A stretch of DNA of 64,000 nucleotides, taken from assembly GCA_045598825.1 (NCBI GenBank), contig JAZRUX010000018.1, positions 6,343 to 70,342 on the forward strand, in the 5' to 3' direction. This document shows positions 23,500 to 34,971 of this stretch, in pieces. The first letter of the stretch is position 1. The number at the start of each line of letters is the position of its first letter. The DNA comes from Mycoplasmoidaceae bacterium (GTDB taxonomy: Bacteria > Bacillota_I > Bacilli_A > Mycoplasmatales > Mycoplasmoidaceae). The position numbers and the translations under genes are program-made. Below the pieces are notes generated by a model. That model worked only from the letters and a program-made list of their open reading frames with translations. It searched no databases and was not told where the DNA came from.

Positions 23500-26400
23500 A
23501 TGATTTCTAAAGTATTACAAGAGAAACGTAAGAATTTACTTGAACTAAATAAAAACAGTCTTGAGATGTTTTTATCGAAAGGATTTATTAACATTTTAAA
23601 GTTCATTGACCGTGAACAATTAATAAATTTTGCTCAAGATCCAAATGCATTTGAAATAAAAATAGAACTTTCAACAGTTATCGATGCAACATCAGGCATT
23701 TTAAGCACATGCCAAACTAATAATGACTTGAAAGCAAGGATTGAACAGTTACATCTTGATTATGATACAAGCAAAATTGATCTTCAAAATGGAACACAAG
23801 CACAACGAGTTAATATTATCAACTCAATCACTAAAGATATGATAAGTGAATTTAAACAAATTCACAAGATGTGTAAATTAGCTACTGATGAATTCTATGA
23901 TTCAGGGAAATGATGTTTGTGATTGTGTTTTGGTGTCTTAGAAACCTCATTAACAACAGTTATTTCCACTGACAAACTAAATGTTCGTGCTCCATTGTTA
24001 GCTTTACCAGTAGCGGTAAAAAAGATTTCAGATTCAACTTACACTCTTTATAAAAGAGAGAAGGAATTTAATAGTAATGAAATCCTAAGGATTTATTTAA
24101 AAGATAAACTAAATGTTACTTATATAGATCAAACTGAACTAGAACAAATTACTTCAGTTGAACAAACATTGCAAAATATTGCAACCAAATTACCTAATTG
24201 TAGTTTTAACAATGATATTCACAATCTAACATTTGTAAAGAAAGCAGATTATAAAACAATTGACCAATCAAAGATTGATAATGTTTGTGTTCTTGCTTCA
24301 ATTGATCCAGTGGGTGGAAAAATGTTGGAAGACTATGATCACATTTTAGCTAGTGATTATGAGTTCCCACAAGAAAATCTAATGTTTACTAATCATGGAT
24401 TAGATCAACTTATTTATGAGAATGACAACATTTTAGAATTAGGTCGTTTATTGAATGTTAACCAAAAGAAAGCCGTTGTTGCTAGTCTAAAGACTAACAC
24501 ATTAATCTATGGCCCTCCTGGAACAGGTAAGTCAGAAGTTGTCACAAGTATTATTGCAAATAACATTAACCAAGGATTTAATGTTTTAATTTCTTCTGAG
24601 AAGAAAGCAGCGTTAGATGTTATTATTGATCGTCTTGATGCATTAAAGACAATTACGATCTCAATCAACCCTGAAGATATTGATGCATTCTATGACCGTT
24701 TAATTAACTTAAATGAAGAAATAGTTAATGCTAACCAAATTAACTTTAGTACTGACAAACCTTCATATTTAAAATTGATTACATATGTAAAGAGTTTATT
24801 AGATATTGCAAATGACCAAACGAAAACATCCGCTTTAAAGCAATTGCAAAACAAGCAAGAACATCAAGCACAAACAGCAAGTAAAACTGTGCTTGAAAGC
24901 ATGCTTAATAAAATTAACTCAGGTAAATGGACTGTACAAGATTTTGCAAAATATCTTTATGCATTCCACCATGTGGCAAAGATTCTTACTAAATACTATC
25001 CTTTAACTTCATTAATGACTCATGTCTTCAGACAAGAAGAAGTTGATCGAGCCTTAACAGCAATTGGTAAGACAGACAAAATTAATCGTAAGTTTTCAAT
25101 TATGGATAACTTTGTTAAACGAAACAAAACCCGTTCAAACTTAATTGCCCACAAAGTTGAAACTGAAGAAATTGCTCAACTTGATGAAATGATGAATGCC
25201 TTACTATATGTAAAAGAAAATGGTTCCATTCCATTCTTTATCAATTATCAAGAATGAAAACCAACAATTGAGCAAAACACACCAGAATCATTAATTAACC
25301 AACTTGATATCAACCAAACACAAAATGAGGATAGCTTTGCCTCATTATTTGATAATATCAATAATGGAAAACTTCTTTACTCATATTTAGATGATTATTG
25401 GACAAATAGCTTAAATAAAGCAGCAACTGCTGCAAAGTTAATTAAAGATAAATATCTTTGAGAACTTAAACAGAAGTTCATTAATGATGCAACAATGCAG
25501 GCAAAATGAATTGAAATGATTAAGAAAGCACATTTACCAACTAAGATAAATGTTGCACGTTTCATTAAGGAATATTATTCAATTTTGCGTTTTGTCTTCC
25601 CAATTTGAATCTTATCACCAGATAATGTTGCCAATTACATTCCATTAAATGAACACGAATTTGCTGTCGGCATCTTTGATGAAGCAAGCCAAATGCGAGT
25701 AGAACGATCTATTCCATTAATTTATCGTTGTACACGAAGTATTGTTTCTGGTGATGATAAACAATTGCGCCCTAGTCGTTTCTTCGCTGCAAATATCTCA
25801 ATTGATACAGAAGAATTAACTTCGGAAGAAGAATTAGACAATGTCGAATCATTGCTTGATAAAGCAAAGATTGCTAACTGATCAAGTTTTACATTATCTA
25901 ATCACTACCGTTCAAATAGTGAAGAACTTATTAACTTTAGTAATAAGTACATTTATGAAAATAAATTACTTTGTATTACAAAGAATGGCTCAATTAATGC
26001 TAAACCCATAGAAGTAGTACAAATGCCTGAAACTACAGTTTATGACCGTTCAACTAACACAAACCCTGATGAGGCTAAGAAAGTGGTTGATATCGTTAAA
26101 TCATCAGAGCAATATAAAAAGATTGTTATCATTACTTTTAATCAAAAACAAGCTGATTTAATTGAACAAATGTGCTTCCAATTCCCATTCTTAACCGCTA
26201 GGTTAGAAGCAGATACAATTAGAATTAGATCAATTGAAAATGTTCAAGGCGATGAAGCTGACCTTGTTGTTATATCAACAACATTTGGTACTGATGCTGC
26301 TGGTAAGTTTATTCAAAACTTTGGTCCAGTTGGGCAAGCTGGTGGCAAAAACCGTATTAATGTTATGGTAACAAGAGCAAAGGAAAAGATGATTGTTGTT

Positions 26401-26850
26401 AAATCATTTAAATCTGATGCTATTACATCAACTAATAACGAAAACCTTTACATCTTGAAGATGTTCTTGTTCTATATTGAAAATTTACAAGAGAACAAGA
26501 ACATTATTGTTGGTGAGACAGCTACAACTTTAGATAAACCAATTACGCAAACAGTGGCAGTGCAATTATCTAACTTGTTAACCCCATTAGAAGTTAAAAC
26601 AAATTATGGTATTGGTTCGCATTGTTTTAATATTGCTATATTAAACCAAGGCAAAGTTGAATTATTAATTTTGATTGATGATAATACTGATTTCAAATCA
26701 AAACAAGCTTCCAACATGTGAGTTGATTCATTTGATCAACAAAAGTATTATGTTGATCGAGGATATAAAATTCTTCGTTTCAATGAGATTGAATGGTCGT
26801 TTGCTAAGCCAAAGATAATTGAAAAAATCAAGTTGTTATTAAACAAATAA
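23500..26850 (+). CDS. Large SF1 helicase of the Upf1/DNA2-NAM7 type with a C-terminal nuclease-like tail, 1116 aa
   Basis: Pieces 23500, 23923, 25693 and 26023 share one frame. Motifs: Walker A LIYGPPGTGKSE, FDEASQM, VSGDDKQLRP, NHYRS, VQGDEADLVVIS, NRINVMVTRAK. The tail is ..DRGYKILRFNEIEWSF.. TAA at 26848-26850. Confidence 0.85.
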
Positions 26851-26895
26851 AAAAAGAACCAAAAGATTCTTTTTTTGTTTTATATAAGAAATGAA

Positions 26896-27054
26896 TTAGT
26901 CTGTTGAAGAAACTAGTTCCATTTTTTTACCACACTTAGGACATTTTGGTGCGATACCTCTTAACATCCCAGTTTTTGTCTTTGTAAAGCCGCATTTAGA
27001 ACATTTGTATGTACTAGATGCTGCAGCTTTAGCATTGTTTGAAAAAAATCCCAT
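26896..27054 (-). CDS. Small zinc-ribbon protein, 52 aa
   Basis: ATG 27052-27054 preceded by AAAGGA. Sequence MGFFSNNAKAAASSTYKCSKCGFTKTKTGMLRGIAPKCPKCGKKMELVSSTD has two CxxC pairs. TAA stop. It falls below the ORF-track size cutoff. Confidence 0.5.
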   Translation of the reverse strand: MGFFSNNAKAAASSTYKCSKCGFTKTKTGMLRGIAPKCPKCGKKMELVSSTD

Positions 27055-27076
27055 TTTCTATCCTTTCTAACGTGAT

Positions 27077-27090
27077 TATATATATATATA
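27077..27090. repeat. (TA)7 microsatellite in the promoter region of the zinc-ribbon gene
   Basis: TATATATATATATA read directly, 23 nt upstream of the ATG at 27054. Confidence 0.9.
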
Positions 27091-27114
27091 AAATTGAGCA
27101 AAAACCTAACATTT

Positions 27115-27147
27115 AAAACAAAAAGAAGCCCGGCCGAGCTTCTTTTT
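27115..27147 (-). terminator. tuf terminator
   Basis: AAGAAGC-CCGGCCGA-GCTTCTT stem with a T-run on the minus strand, 20 nt after the tuf stop. Confidence 0.6.
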
Positions 27148-27167
27148 ATAAAATATTTGAAGAAAAA

Positions 27168-28352
27168 TTAAGCAATAATTTCAATAACGTTACCAGCACC
27201 TACTGTGTGTCCACCTTCTCTAATAGAGAATTTTGAACCTTTTTCAATTGCTACTGGAGCAATTAATTCAACAGTAATTTCTGCGTTGTCACCAGGCATG
27301 ATCATGTCAACACCTTGTGCAAGTTCGATTGAACCTGTAACGTCTGTAGTTCTAAAGTAGAATTGAGGTCTGTAACCTTGATGGAATGCAGTGTGACGTC
27401 CACCTTCTTCTTTCTTTAGAGCATAAATTTGCGCTTTAAATTTCTTGTATGGTTTAATTGAACCAGTCTTAGCTAATACTTGACCACGTTCAACATCTTC
27501 ACGGTTTACACCACGAAGTAAGATACCAGCGTTGTCACCAGCAATAGCTGAGTCTAGAGTTTTTCTAAACATTTCAATACCAGTTACAACAACTTTTCTT
27601 GTTGGTCTTAAACCAACGATTTCTACTTCATCATTTAACTTAATTTCACCACGTTCAACACGTCCTGTTACAACAGTACCACGACCTGTAATAGTGAAAA
27701 TGTCTTCGATTGGAAGTAAGAATGGTTTGTCAGTTTCTCTTACTGGGTCAGGAATGTATGAGTCAACAGCATCCATTAATTCTTGGATCTTAGCTTCTCA
27801 TTCAGGTTTACCTTGTAAAGCACCTAAAGCTGATCCAAAGATCATTGGAACGTTGTCACCATCAAATCCATAACTTGTTAGTAAGTCTCTGATGTCCATT
27901 TCAACTAGTTCTTTAACTTCGTTGTCAGTTACAACGTCACATTTGTTAACAAAGACAACGATTTTTGGAACACCTACTTGTCTTGCAAGTAAGATGTGTT
28001 CTCTTGTTTGAGGCATAGCACCATCTGAAGCAGCTACTACTAGAATAGCTCCATCCATTTGTGCAGCACCAGTGATCATGTTTTTAACATAGTCAGCGTG
28101 CCCTGGACAGTCAACGTGTGCATAGTGTCTTTTTGCAGTTTCATATTCTACGTGTGATGTATTAATAGTAATACCACGAGCTTTTTCTTCTGGAGCACTA
28201 TCAATTGATGCATAGTCTCTTGCTTGTGCTAAACCATTTTTTGCTAAGTACGTACAAATAGCAGCAGTTAATGTTGTTTTACCGTGGTCAATGTGGCCAA
28301 TAGTACCAATATTAACGTGTGGTTTAGTACGATCGAATTTTCCGATTGCCAT
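27168..28352 (-). CDS. tuf: Elongation factor Tu
   Basis: Pieces 27168..27776 and 27798..28352 are in frame, joined at TGA 27798-27800 (..[16 protein letters not shown]..). 394 aa. [17 protein letters not shown] and NKCD motifs. Confidence 0.98.
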
Positions 28353-28468
28353 ATTATTTTTCTCCTTATTTTTTAATATGTATATTTATTATATAAGTAA
28401 TTTAGATTTTTAATAAAAAATACCACAATTAGATGTTGTTTGTTAAAATATAAATATAGGAGAAAACA

Positions 28469-29644
28469 ATGAAGAAAACGAAATTATTACCAATAATTGG
28501 TGTGCCAGCGTTAATGGCAACACTGATTCCAACTGTGGTTTCATGTAACCCAACGCCAGTTGACCCAACTGATGAAGAAGAAATCATTATGCCTGATATA
28601 GCTAGTGACACAAAATATAAATATGAAGAAGAATATGGTGCTTATTCTTACGTGTTAATTAGAGGTTGTCAATGAATTAACCCACAACACGAATATGACG
28701 ATTTATTTGCTGAAGCTACACTAGATGGAGATATTTCATTAATAACTGAAATCATCCCAAAGAATGACAATACATTCGATGTGAAAGTTATACTTGATGA
28801 AGAAAAAAATTGCTATGTAAGTGGAACAACATTAAATTTTGACTTGTCAATCGATGTATATAATGAAGAAACAGGAGAATGAGAACAATTATCTGATACT
28901 AAGCAATATTCAATAACTTTAAATGAACATATTGAAGTCACTGACGTTTTTTATGAGCCAGCTAAAGAAGCTTATGAACCAATAACTGGATTCCAAATAT
29001 ATATATTAAATGGTGGAAATCAAATAACTAGTGAAGAACTAGACAAAGATGATATTACATTTGTTGAGGATCTTCCAGAAGATATGGCAATTGATGAAAA
29101 TAGTATCCTTGGTGAAGTCGAGACAAACGAATATTATTGTTTATTAACTATAAATTTTCAATTTCAAAATCCTGTAACAAATTATGAAGGTTTAGATTTA
29201 AATGCAACAATAAAATTAGAGTGTCAAGAAGGGAAAGAATTAGAACTTAAGGAACAATTAAAAGCATTCTCTAAACCAATTATCGATGGTAGCTGAAGTG
29301 AAATAACTAAACCAACAAAGATAATTAAAAGTAAAGATAATATATATGAAGGAGATGCAAATGCGGGAACTTTTGAATGAATAAATCCAAAAAAAGATAC
29401 GCAAACAGCTGGTGATTTGAGTTGAGAATTTAAACAGGAAAAACTAGATGAATTAGGTATTGTTTCAGTTGAAGTTACACCAACAACCAAAACAGAAAAA
29501 TCTGTTCATTTCAAATTTACTACAAATGATGCAGTTGTGGGAAAAGAATTTTCTTTAGAAATTACAGTTTTGTATAAAGATTTAACTAGGGAAATAAAAT
29601 CAAATATAGCTGATTATTCATTCCCATTCATTCTAGCAGAATAA
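28469..29644 (+). CDS. Lipoprotein of unknown function, 391 aa
   Basis: AGGAGA SD. MKKTKLLPIIGVPALMATLIPTVVSC lipobox. Pieces 28469 and 29084 are in frame, with 5 TGA read-throughs. TAA at 29642-29644. Confidence 0.75.
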
Positions 29645-29668
29645 AAAAGAGGGTTGCCTCTTTTTTTA
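29644..29668. terminator. Terminator shared by the convergent lipoprotein and clpB genes
   Basis: AAAAAGAGG-GTTG-CCTCTTTTTTT. The clpB stop (29666-29668) lies in the T-run. Confidence 0.55.
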
Positions 29669-31801
29669 GCTTCCAAACGGGTAAACTGAAACTTTCTTTG
29701 TTTTAACATCTATACCTAATTCATATTTCTTGTTATGTTTTAGATTATTAGAAATAATTTCATTAGCTAAAACATTTTCAATGTTTCTTTGGATAAAACG
29801 TTTGATTGGCCTTGCACCAAAAGCAGGTTCATAGGCTTCTTTTGCAACTCATTCAATAATTTTTCTATCAAAGTTGATATTGTATTCTTGATCAGACAAG
29901 CGAGTTGACAGTTCATTTAATTGTGTCTTGACAATTTCCTTAATATTATCTTGGCTTAATGAATTAAAGACAATTAGTTCATCAATTCGGTTAATGAATT
30001 CTGGTCTTAATCTTAACTTGATTTCATCCAGAACTTTTTGTTTATTACCGTCTAAAACATATTGTCCACCAATATTAGATGTCATAATGATAATTGTATT
30101 TTTAAAGTTAACATATCGTCCATGACTATCTTTCAATTGGCCATCATCTAGTACTTGTAATAAGATGTTTAAAACATCAACATGGGCTTTTTCAATTTCA
30201 TCAAATAGAACAACTGAATATGGCTTTGTTCTAACTGCATCAGTTAATAAACCACCTTGTTCATAACCAATATAACCAGCTGGTGCACCAATTAGTTTAC
30301 TAACCGTATGCTTTTCCATATATTCAGACATATCAAATCGAATCATTTGTTTTTCTGAATCAAACATGTTTAAAGCTAAAGCTTTAGCTAATTGAGTTTT
30401 TCCTACACCGGTTGGTCCTAAGAATAAGAATGAACCAATTGGACGGTTTGGGTCATTAATACCAGCTCGTCCTCTTAAGACAGCTGAAGCAACTAAATCA
30501 ACCGCTTCATCCTGACCTTTAACTGTTTTCTTAATATCATCAGCTAAATTATTCAATTTAGTTTGTTCAGATTGAAGTAACTTATTTAAAGGAATATTAG
30601 TTGTTTGTGAAATGACTTCGGCAACTTCATTAATAGTAACTGAATCAGAGAAATTGTGACCTGAAGCGTTTTTTTCAAATTCTTCTTCAAACTTCTTTAA
30701 TTCTTTAGAGTGAGCAGGGATTTGAACATATAACAATTTACTTGCTTTTTCAAATTCGCCTTCTTGTTGAAGTCGTTCAGCTTCAGCTTTCTCATTATCT
30801 AATTTAGTCTTCAGATCATTGATCTTTTTATGTTCATCTTTATTCTTATTTCATTCTGATAATGCTTTGTCTTGCACTTTCTTTAAATCAGCAAGTTGTT
30901 TTTCGATATCTTTTAAGTTCTTCTTTGATTTATCATCTTCTTCTTTACTTAAAGCAGCTTTTGCTGTTTCAAGATAAATAATTTCACGATTACGTTTGTC
31001 AAGTTCAGGTGGCAATGAATGGAATTGTGTTTTTACCTTAGCTGCAGCTTCATCGATTAAGTCTATGGACTTATCTGGTAAATAACGATCTGAGATATAA
31101 CGATCAGATAAATTGACTGCGGCAACAAGTGCAGAGTCATGAATTTTTACCTGGTGGAATAATTCTCATCGTTCCTTTAATCCACGCATGATTGTTAAAG
31201 CCTCTTCCTTAGTTGGTTCAGTTACTAGAACTTTTTGCATTCTTCGTTCAAGAGCTGAATCTTTTTCAATATATTGACGATATTCATTTATTGTTGTCGC
31301 ACCAATAACTTTAATCTCACCACGAGCCATCATTGGTTTTAAAATGTTGGCAGCATCCATTGAGCTGCCACCTGATGTTTTACCAGTGCCGACTAGTTGA
31401 TGGATTTCATCAATAAATAATATGATGTTGCCATCAGATTCTTTTACTTGCTTAATAACATTATTAAGACGTTGTTCAAATTGTCCTTGGAAACTAGCAC
31501 CAGCAATTAAACTAGCCATTGATAGTTCATATACTTCCTTACCAATAAGGTTATTTGGTACATCCTTATTAACTATTCTTTGGGCAAAACCTTCAACAAT
31601 TGCAGTTTTACCAACACCTGATTCACCAATTAATACTGGATTATTCTTGGTCTTTCTAGAGATTATTTCAATTAATCTTCTAATCTCTTTTTCACGTCCA
31701 ATAATAGGATCAACTTTGTTGTCCTTAACATCTTGTGTGATGTTTCTGCCAAATTGTTTTAGGGCATTTTCATCATCTGGTTTTTGATAATTAAATTCCA
31801 T
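29666..31801 (-). CDS. clpB: Chaperone ClpB (short form without the N-terminal domain)
   Basis: Pieces 29849..30736 and 31166..31801 are in frame. 711 aa. Two AAA+ modules (GESGVGKTA and GPTGVGKTQ) and a coiled-coil middle domain. Confidence 0.95.
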
Positions 31802-31837
31802 AATTTATTACCTCACTATAACCATTATACACAAAAA

Positions 31838-31864
31838 TTAGCACTCTTACCAACAAAGTGCTAA
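31838..31864. promoter_or_regulatory. CIRCE (HrcA operator) upstream of clpB
   Basis: TTAGCACTC-TTACCAACA-AAGTGCTAA, 37 nt upstream of the clpB ATG. Confidence 0.85.
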
Positions 31865-31882
31865 TTTATTGTTTTAATTAAA

Positions 31883-31902
31883 AAAGATAAGTTACTTATC
31901 TT
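31883..31902 (-). terminator. Hairpin at the end of the phosphoesterase gene
   Basis: AAGATAAGT-AA-CTTATCTT with a T-run on the minus strand. It overlaps the TAA at 31892-31894. Confidence 0.45.
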
Positions 31903-33307
31903 TCTTTTGAGTTTTGGCTTTATTTATTACCTTATTATGGATAAAGAAACCAAAATAAGTAAAACTTCCAGCCGTTAGTAATATTGTGGAAATACGAATA
32001 ATGATAGTAATTGGCAAAGCATTCTTATATGTTAATAAACGAGTTTTATTTCATAAAATGTCTTGGATTGAGTCTAAGGCACCTGTTAGTTGGTTATAAC
32101 GATTTGAGATTGTTGTATTTTGGTTAACTTGTATTTGATATGATGTTGCTCCATCAAGAAATCCACATATTGTGTTATCAACAATATATGAAGCAATAAC
32201 ATATGCAGCTACACCACCATCGGTTCGTGTGTTGTAAGTGTTATATTGTAATCCTAATGAATACATTAGTGTTACACCTTTATATGTTAATGAGAAGTTA
32301 TTAACATGATCGTGACCAAAAACTGAAGTTGCCTTCGTTTCTTTAGCGTTTTCAACTAGAACATCAAACAATCCTGACTTTTCGTTCGTATCATAGCAGA
32401 TAGGTTCTTGTTTTATTCCAAAGTTAAATTTTACATCTGGGGTATTGTCTTTTTTATCTCATGCTTCTTGCATTTCAATAAAAGGAATGTGACTAAATGT
32501 AAAGATCTCAGGAAGTTTACCTTGTTGTCTTGTTTTTTCTATTTGAGTTTTGAATCAATCAACAAATGCATCATTCTTTTCCATTATTGCTTCGCAATCA
32601 AAGAAGAATAATGAATTAAGAATTTTGTTATTACTACCTAATACTTCAATAAAGTTAGTTCCATATCCATATGTTTCGGGTTTGTTTGGATCAAAGACAC
32701 ACGAGCGAGCTAAACAATGCTCTGCTGGTAGTGCACTTTCTGAAAATATTCCTGATAAGGTATTGAATGCTTCCTTGCGGCTATCTCAGTATTCATACCC
32801 TCTTCCTTCTCACCCTTGGCCATCGTGATTACCAAGAACAAAAGTTCAATATTGATTTCTTTCTTTGAAGAAGTTAACAAGCTTTTCTTGCCAAACATTG
32901 TTATAAACATTAACAATGTTATCACCTAATAAAATAACTAGATCGGGTTGCTCTTTCTTAATAATTTGATCTAAAACATCAAATACAAAAGCATCATTAT
33001 TAGTACTATCATTAAGATGGAAATCAGACACTGTTATTAATTTGAAATCATCAATTCTATTTCCTGATTCATCTTCTTTTCAAATTTTCATTGGCTCATT
33101 ATCTTGTGCTTCTTGCACAACAACTTTGCCACTAGTTGTTGGATTATTGTCAATTGGCCCTAGAATAACATTTGGATTTAATTTTATTTTCATTGCAATT
33201 CAAAAACCAAAAATAGCTGCCATTATAACCATTACAACACAGGCAATAATAAACAATGGGCCTTTTGCACTAAATAATTTATTATTTTTCTTACTTTGTT
33301 TTTTCAT
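31892..33307 (-). CDS. Membrane-anchored calcineurin-like metallophosphoesterase, 471 aa
   Basis: Pieces 32051, 32846 and 33200 share one frame. Start is MKKQSKKNNKLF followed by a TM helix. Motifs VSDFHLND, LLGDN, LGNHD and GHDH. A C-terminal TM helix is present. Confidence 0.75.
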
Positions 33308-33321
33308 ATTGACTATTATAA

Positions 33322-33355
33322 ACAAAAAACCTAGCTGATTCCGTTCAACTAGGTT
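33322..33355 (-). terminator. Hairpin after tRNA-Arg, followed by the -10 box of the phosphoesterase gene
   Basis: On the minus strand: AACCTAG-14 nt-CTAGGTT, then TTTTTGTTTATAAT 9 nt before the ATG at 33307. Confidence 0.45.
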
Positions 33356-33360
33356 CTTAA

Positions 33361-33437
33361 TGGCGCGCCAGAGAGGATTCGAACCTCCGACCACGCGCTT
33401 AGAAGGCGCGTACTCTATCCAACTGAGCTACTGGCAC
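33361..33437 (-). tRNA. tRNA-Arg, anticodon UCU
   Basis: The reverse complement GTGCCAGTAGCTCAGTTGGATAGAGTACGCGCCTTCTAAGCGCGTGGTCGGAGGTTCGAATCCTCTCTGGCGCGCCA folds as a full cloverleaf. Anticodon loop CTTCTAA. CCA is encoded. Confidence 0.9.
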
Positions 33438-33543
33438 AGTGCTAATGTATTATAACACAAATTATACTTTAGGTTATTATCTTATTATGTAATTATTACT
33501 TTTATACTTTATAATTTAATCACTTGTAAAAGAGGTAAACAAA

Positions 33544-34878
33544 ATGAAAATTTTATCTGTTAAAAACAATAAAAATGATTGTACATTTGAAATTGAATTA
33601 GATGCTAAGCCATGAAAGACTAGCATAGCTAACGAAAAGAAAAATATAGCTAAAAACATTCAAATTCAAGGTTTTCGAAAAGGACATGTTCCACAAGCTG
33701 AAATTGACAAACGTGTTTCAAAGCAAGATGTAGCAATGCGCGCTTTAGAACGTAATCAAAATAAAATGGTTCAAGATATTCTTGCATCAAAAGAGTTTAA
33801 AGATTCAGACTGTATTGATTCAGTTAGTCGTATGGAAATTACTAAACTTGAACCAACACCAGTTGTTAAAGTTAGCTTTGAATTAGTCCCAGAAGTTGAA
33901 GGTTTTTCTGAAAAAGATGTCAAGGACATTGTTATTCCAGCTTATGATGAACCAAAAGTTCCAGAAAATTTAGTAAAACAACAAATTAGAATGATGATTA
34001 AACCTGATGCAATGGTATCAGTTAAAAAAAGTGGAGTTGTTGCCAAAGGTGATATTGCTGTTATTGACTTTAAAGGATTTGTTGATGGCAAAGCATTTAA
34101 AGGTGGAGAAGGCAAAAACTTTGAACTAGAAATTGGTTCAAAATCATTTATTGACAACTTTGAAGATCAATTAATTGGTTGCAAAAAAGGCAATAAGAAA
34201 GATGTTAATGTTACTTTTCCAAAAGAATATGGAGCAAAAGATCTTGCTGGCAAACCTGCTAAATTCGAAGTAGTTATTAATGAAATTAAAGAAATTGAAT
34301 ATCCGGAAATTACTAAAGAATACTGCAAGAAATTTGGTATGGAATGTGCAAATATGACTGAACTTGAAAAACATATCAAAGGTTTATTTGAACAAGAAAC
34401 TCAAATGCGTTACCAAGATATGGCAATTCGTATTATCAATGAAGCCATTAGTAAAAAAGCTAAACTTAATTACTATCCTCGCAGCTTAATTGAAATGCAC
34501 AAGCGCCAAATTGTTAATCAATACGAACAAGAAGCTAAACGTGCTGGCTTTAAAACTGTTGATCAATACAAGAAAGCTCTTGGATTAGATAACAAGAAGT
34601 TTGAAGAAGTATTAGATAAATCTGCTCGTCAAACTCTAGCTGTAGCAATGGTTTATGAAAAACTAATTGAAAATTATAAGTTAAAAGTAACTGAAGCTGA
34701 TATAAAAGATTATTTAAGTAAACTAACTCGATACTTAAATGGTAATGAAAAGCAAGCTAAAGAAATGTATGAGAAGAACAAAGATTATGCAGATAGCAAC
34801 ATACTAAGAGATAAGCTTTTCAAAAAACTTGTAACTGAAGCTAAAAAAGACAAACCAAAGGCAAAGAAAAGTAAATAA
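33544..34878 (+). CDS. tig: Trigger factor
   Basis: ATG 33544 (MKILSVKNNKNDCTFEIELDAKPW..) joins ORF 33736..34878 in frame through TGA. ..GFRKGHVP.. motif and an FKBP-type middle domain. 444 aa. Confidence 0.93.
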
Positions 34879-34924
34879 GAAAAATCTTATTTATTTTTTT
34901 GTTTTTTAAATATTTTAAAATAAA

Positions 34925-34951
34925 TTAGCACTCTAACCAAAAAAGTGCTAA
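34925..34951. promoter_or_regulatory. CIRCE (HrcA operator) upstream of lon
   Basis: TTAGCACTC-TAACCAAAA-AAGTGCTAA, 20 nt upstream of the lon ATG and followed by AGGAGG. Confidence 0.85.
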
Positions 34952-34971
34952 AATATAGTTAGGAGGTTATT

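Noticed and set aside
33437-33447. AGTGCTAA next to the 5' end of tRNA-Arg resembles a CIRCE right arm upstream of tig.
   Set aside because: There is no TTAGCACTC left arm 9 nt away. A single half-site is expected by chance.
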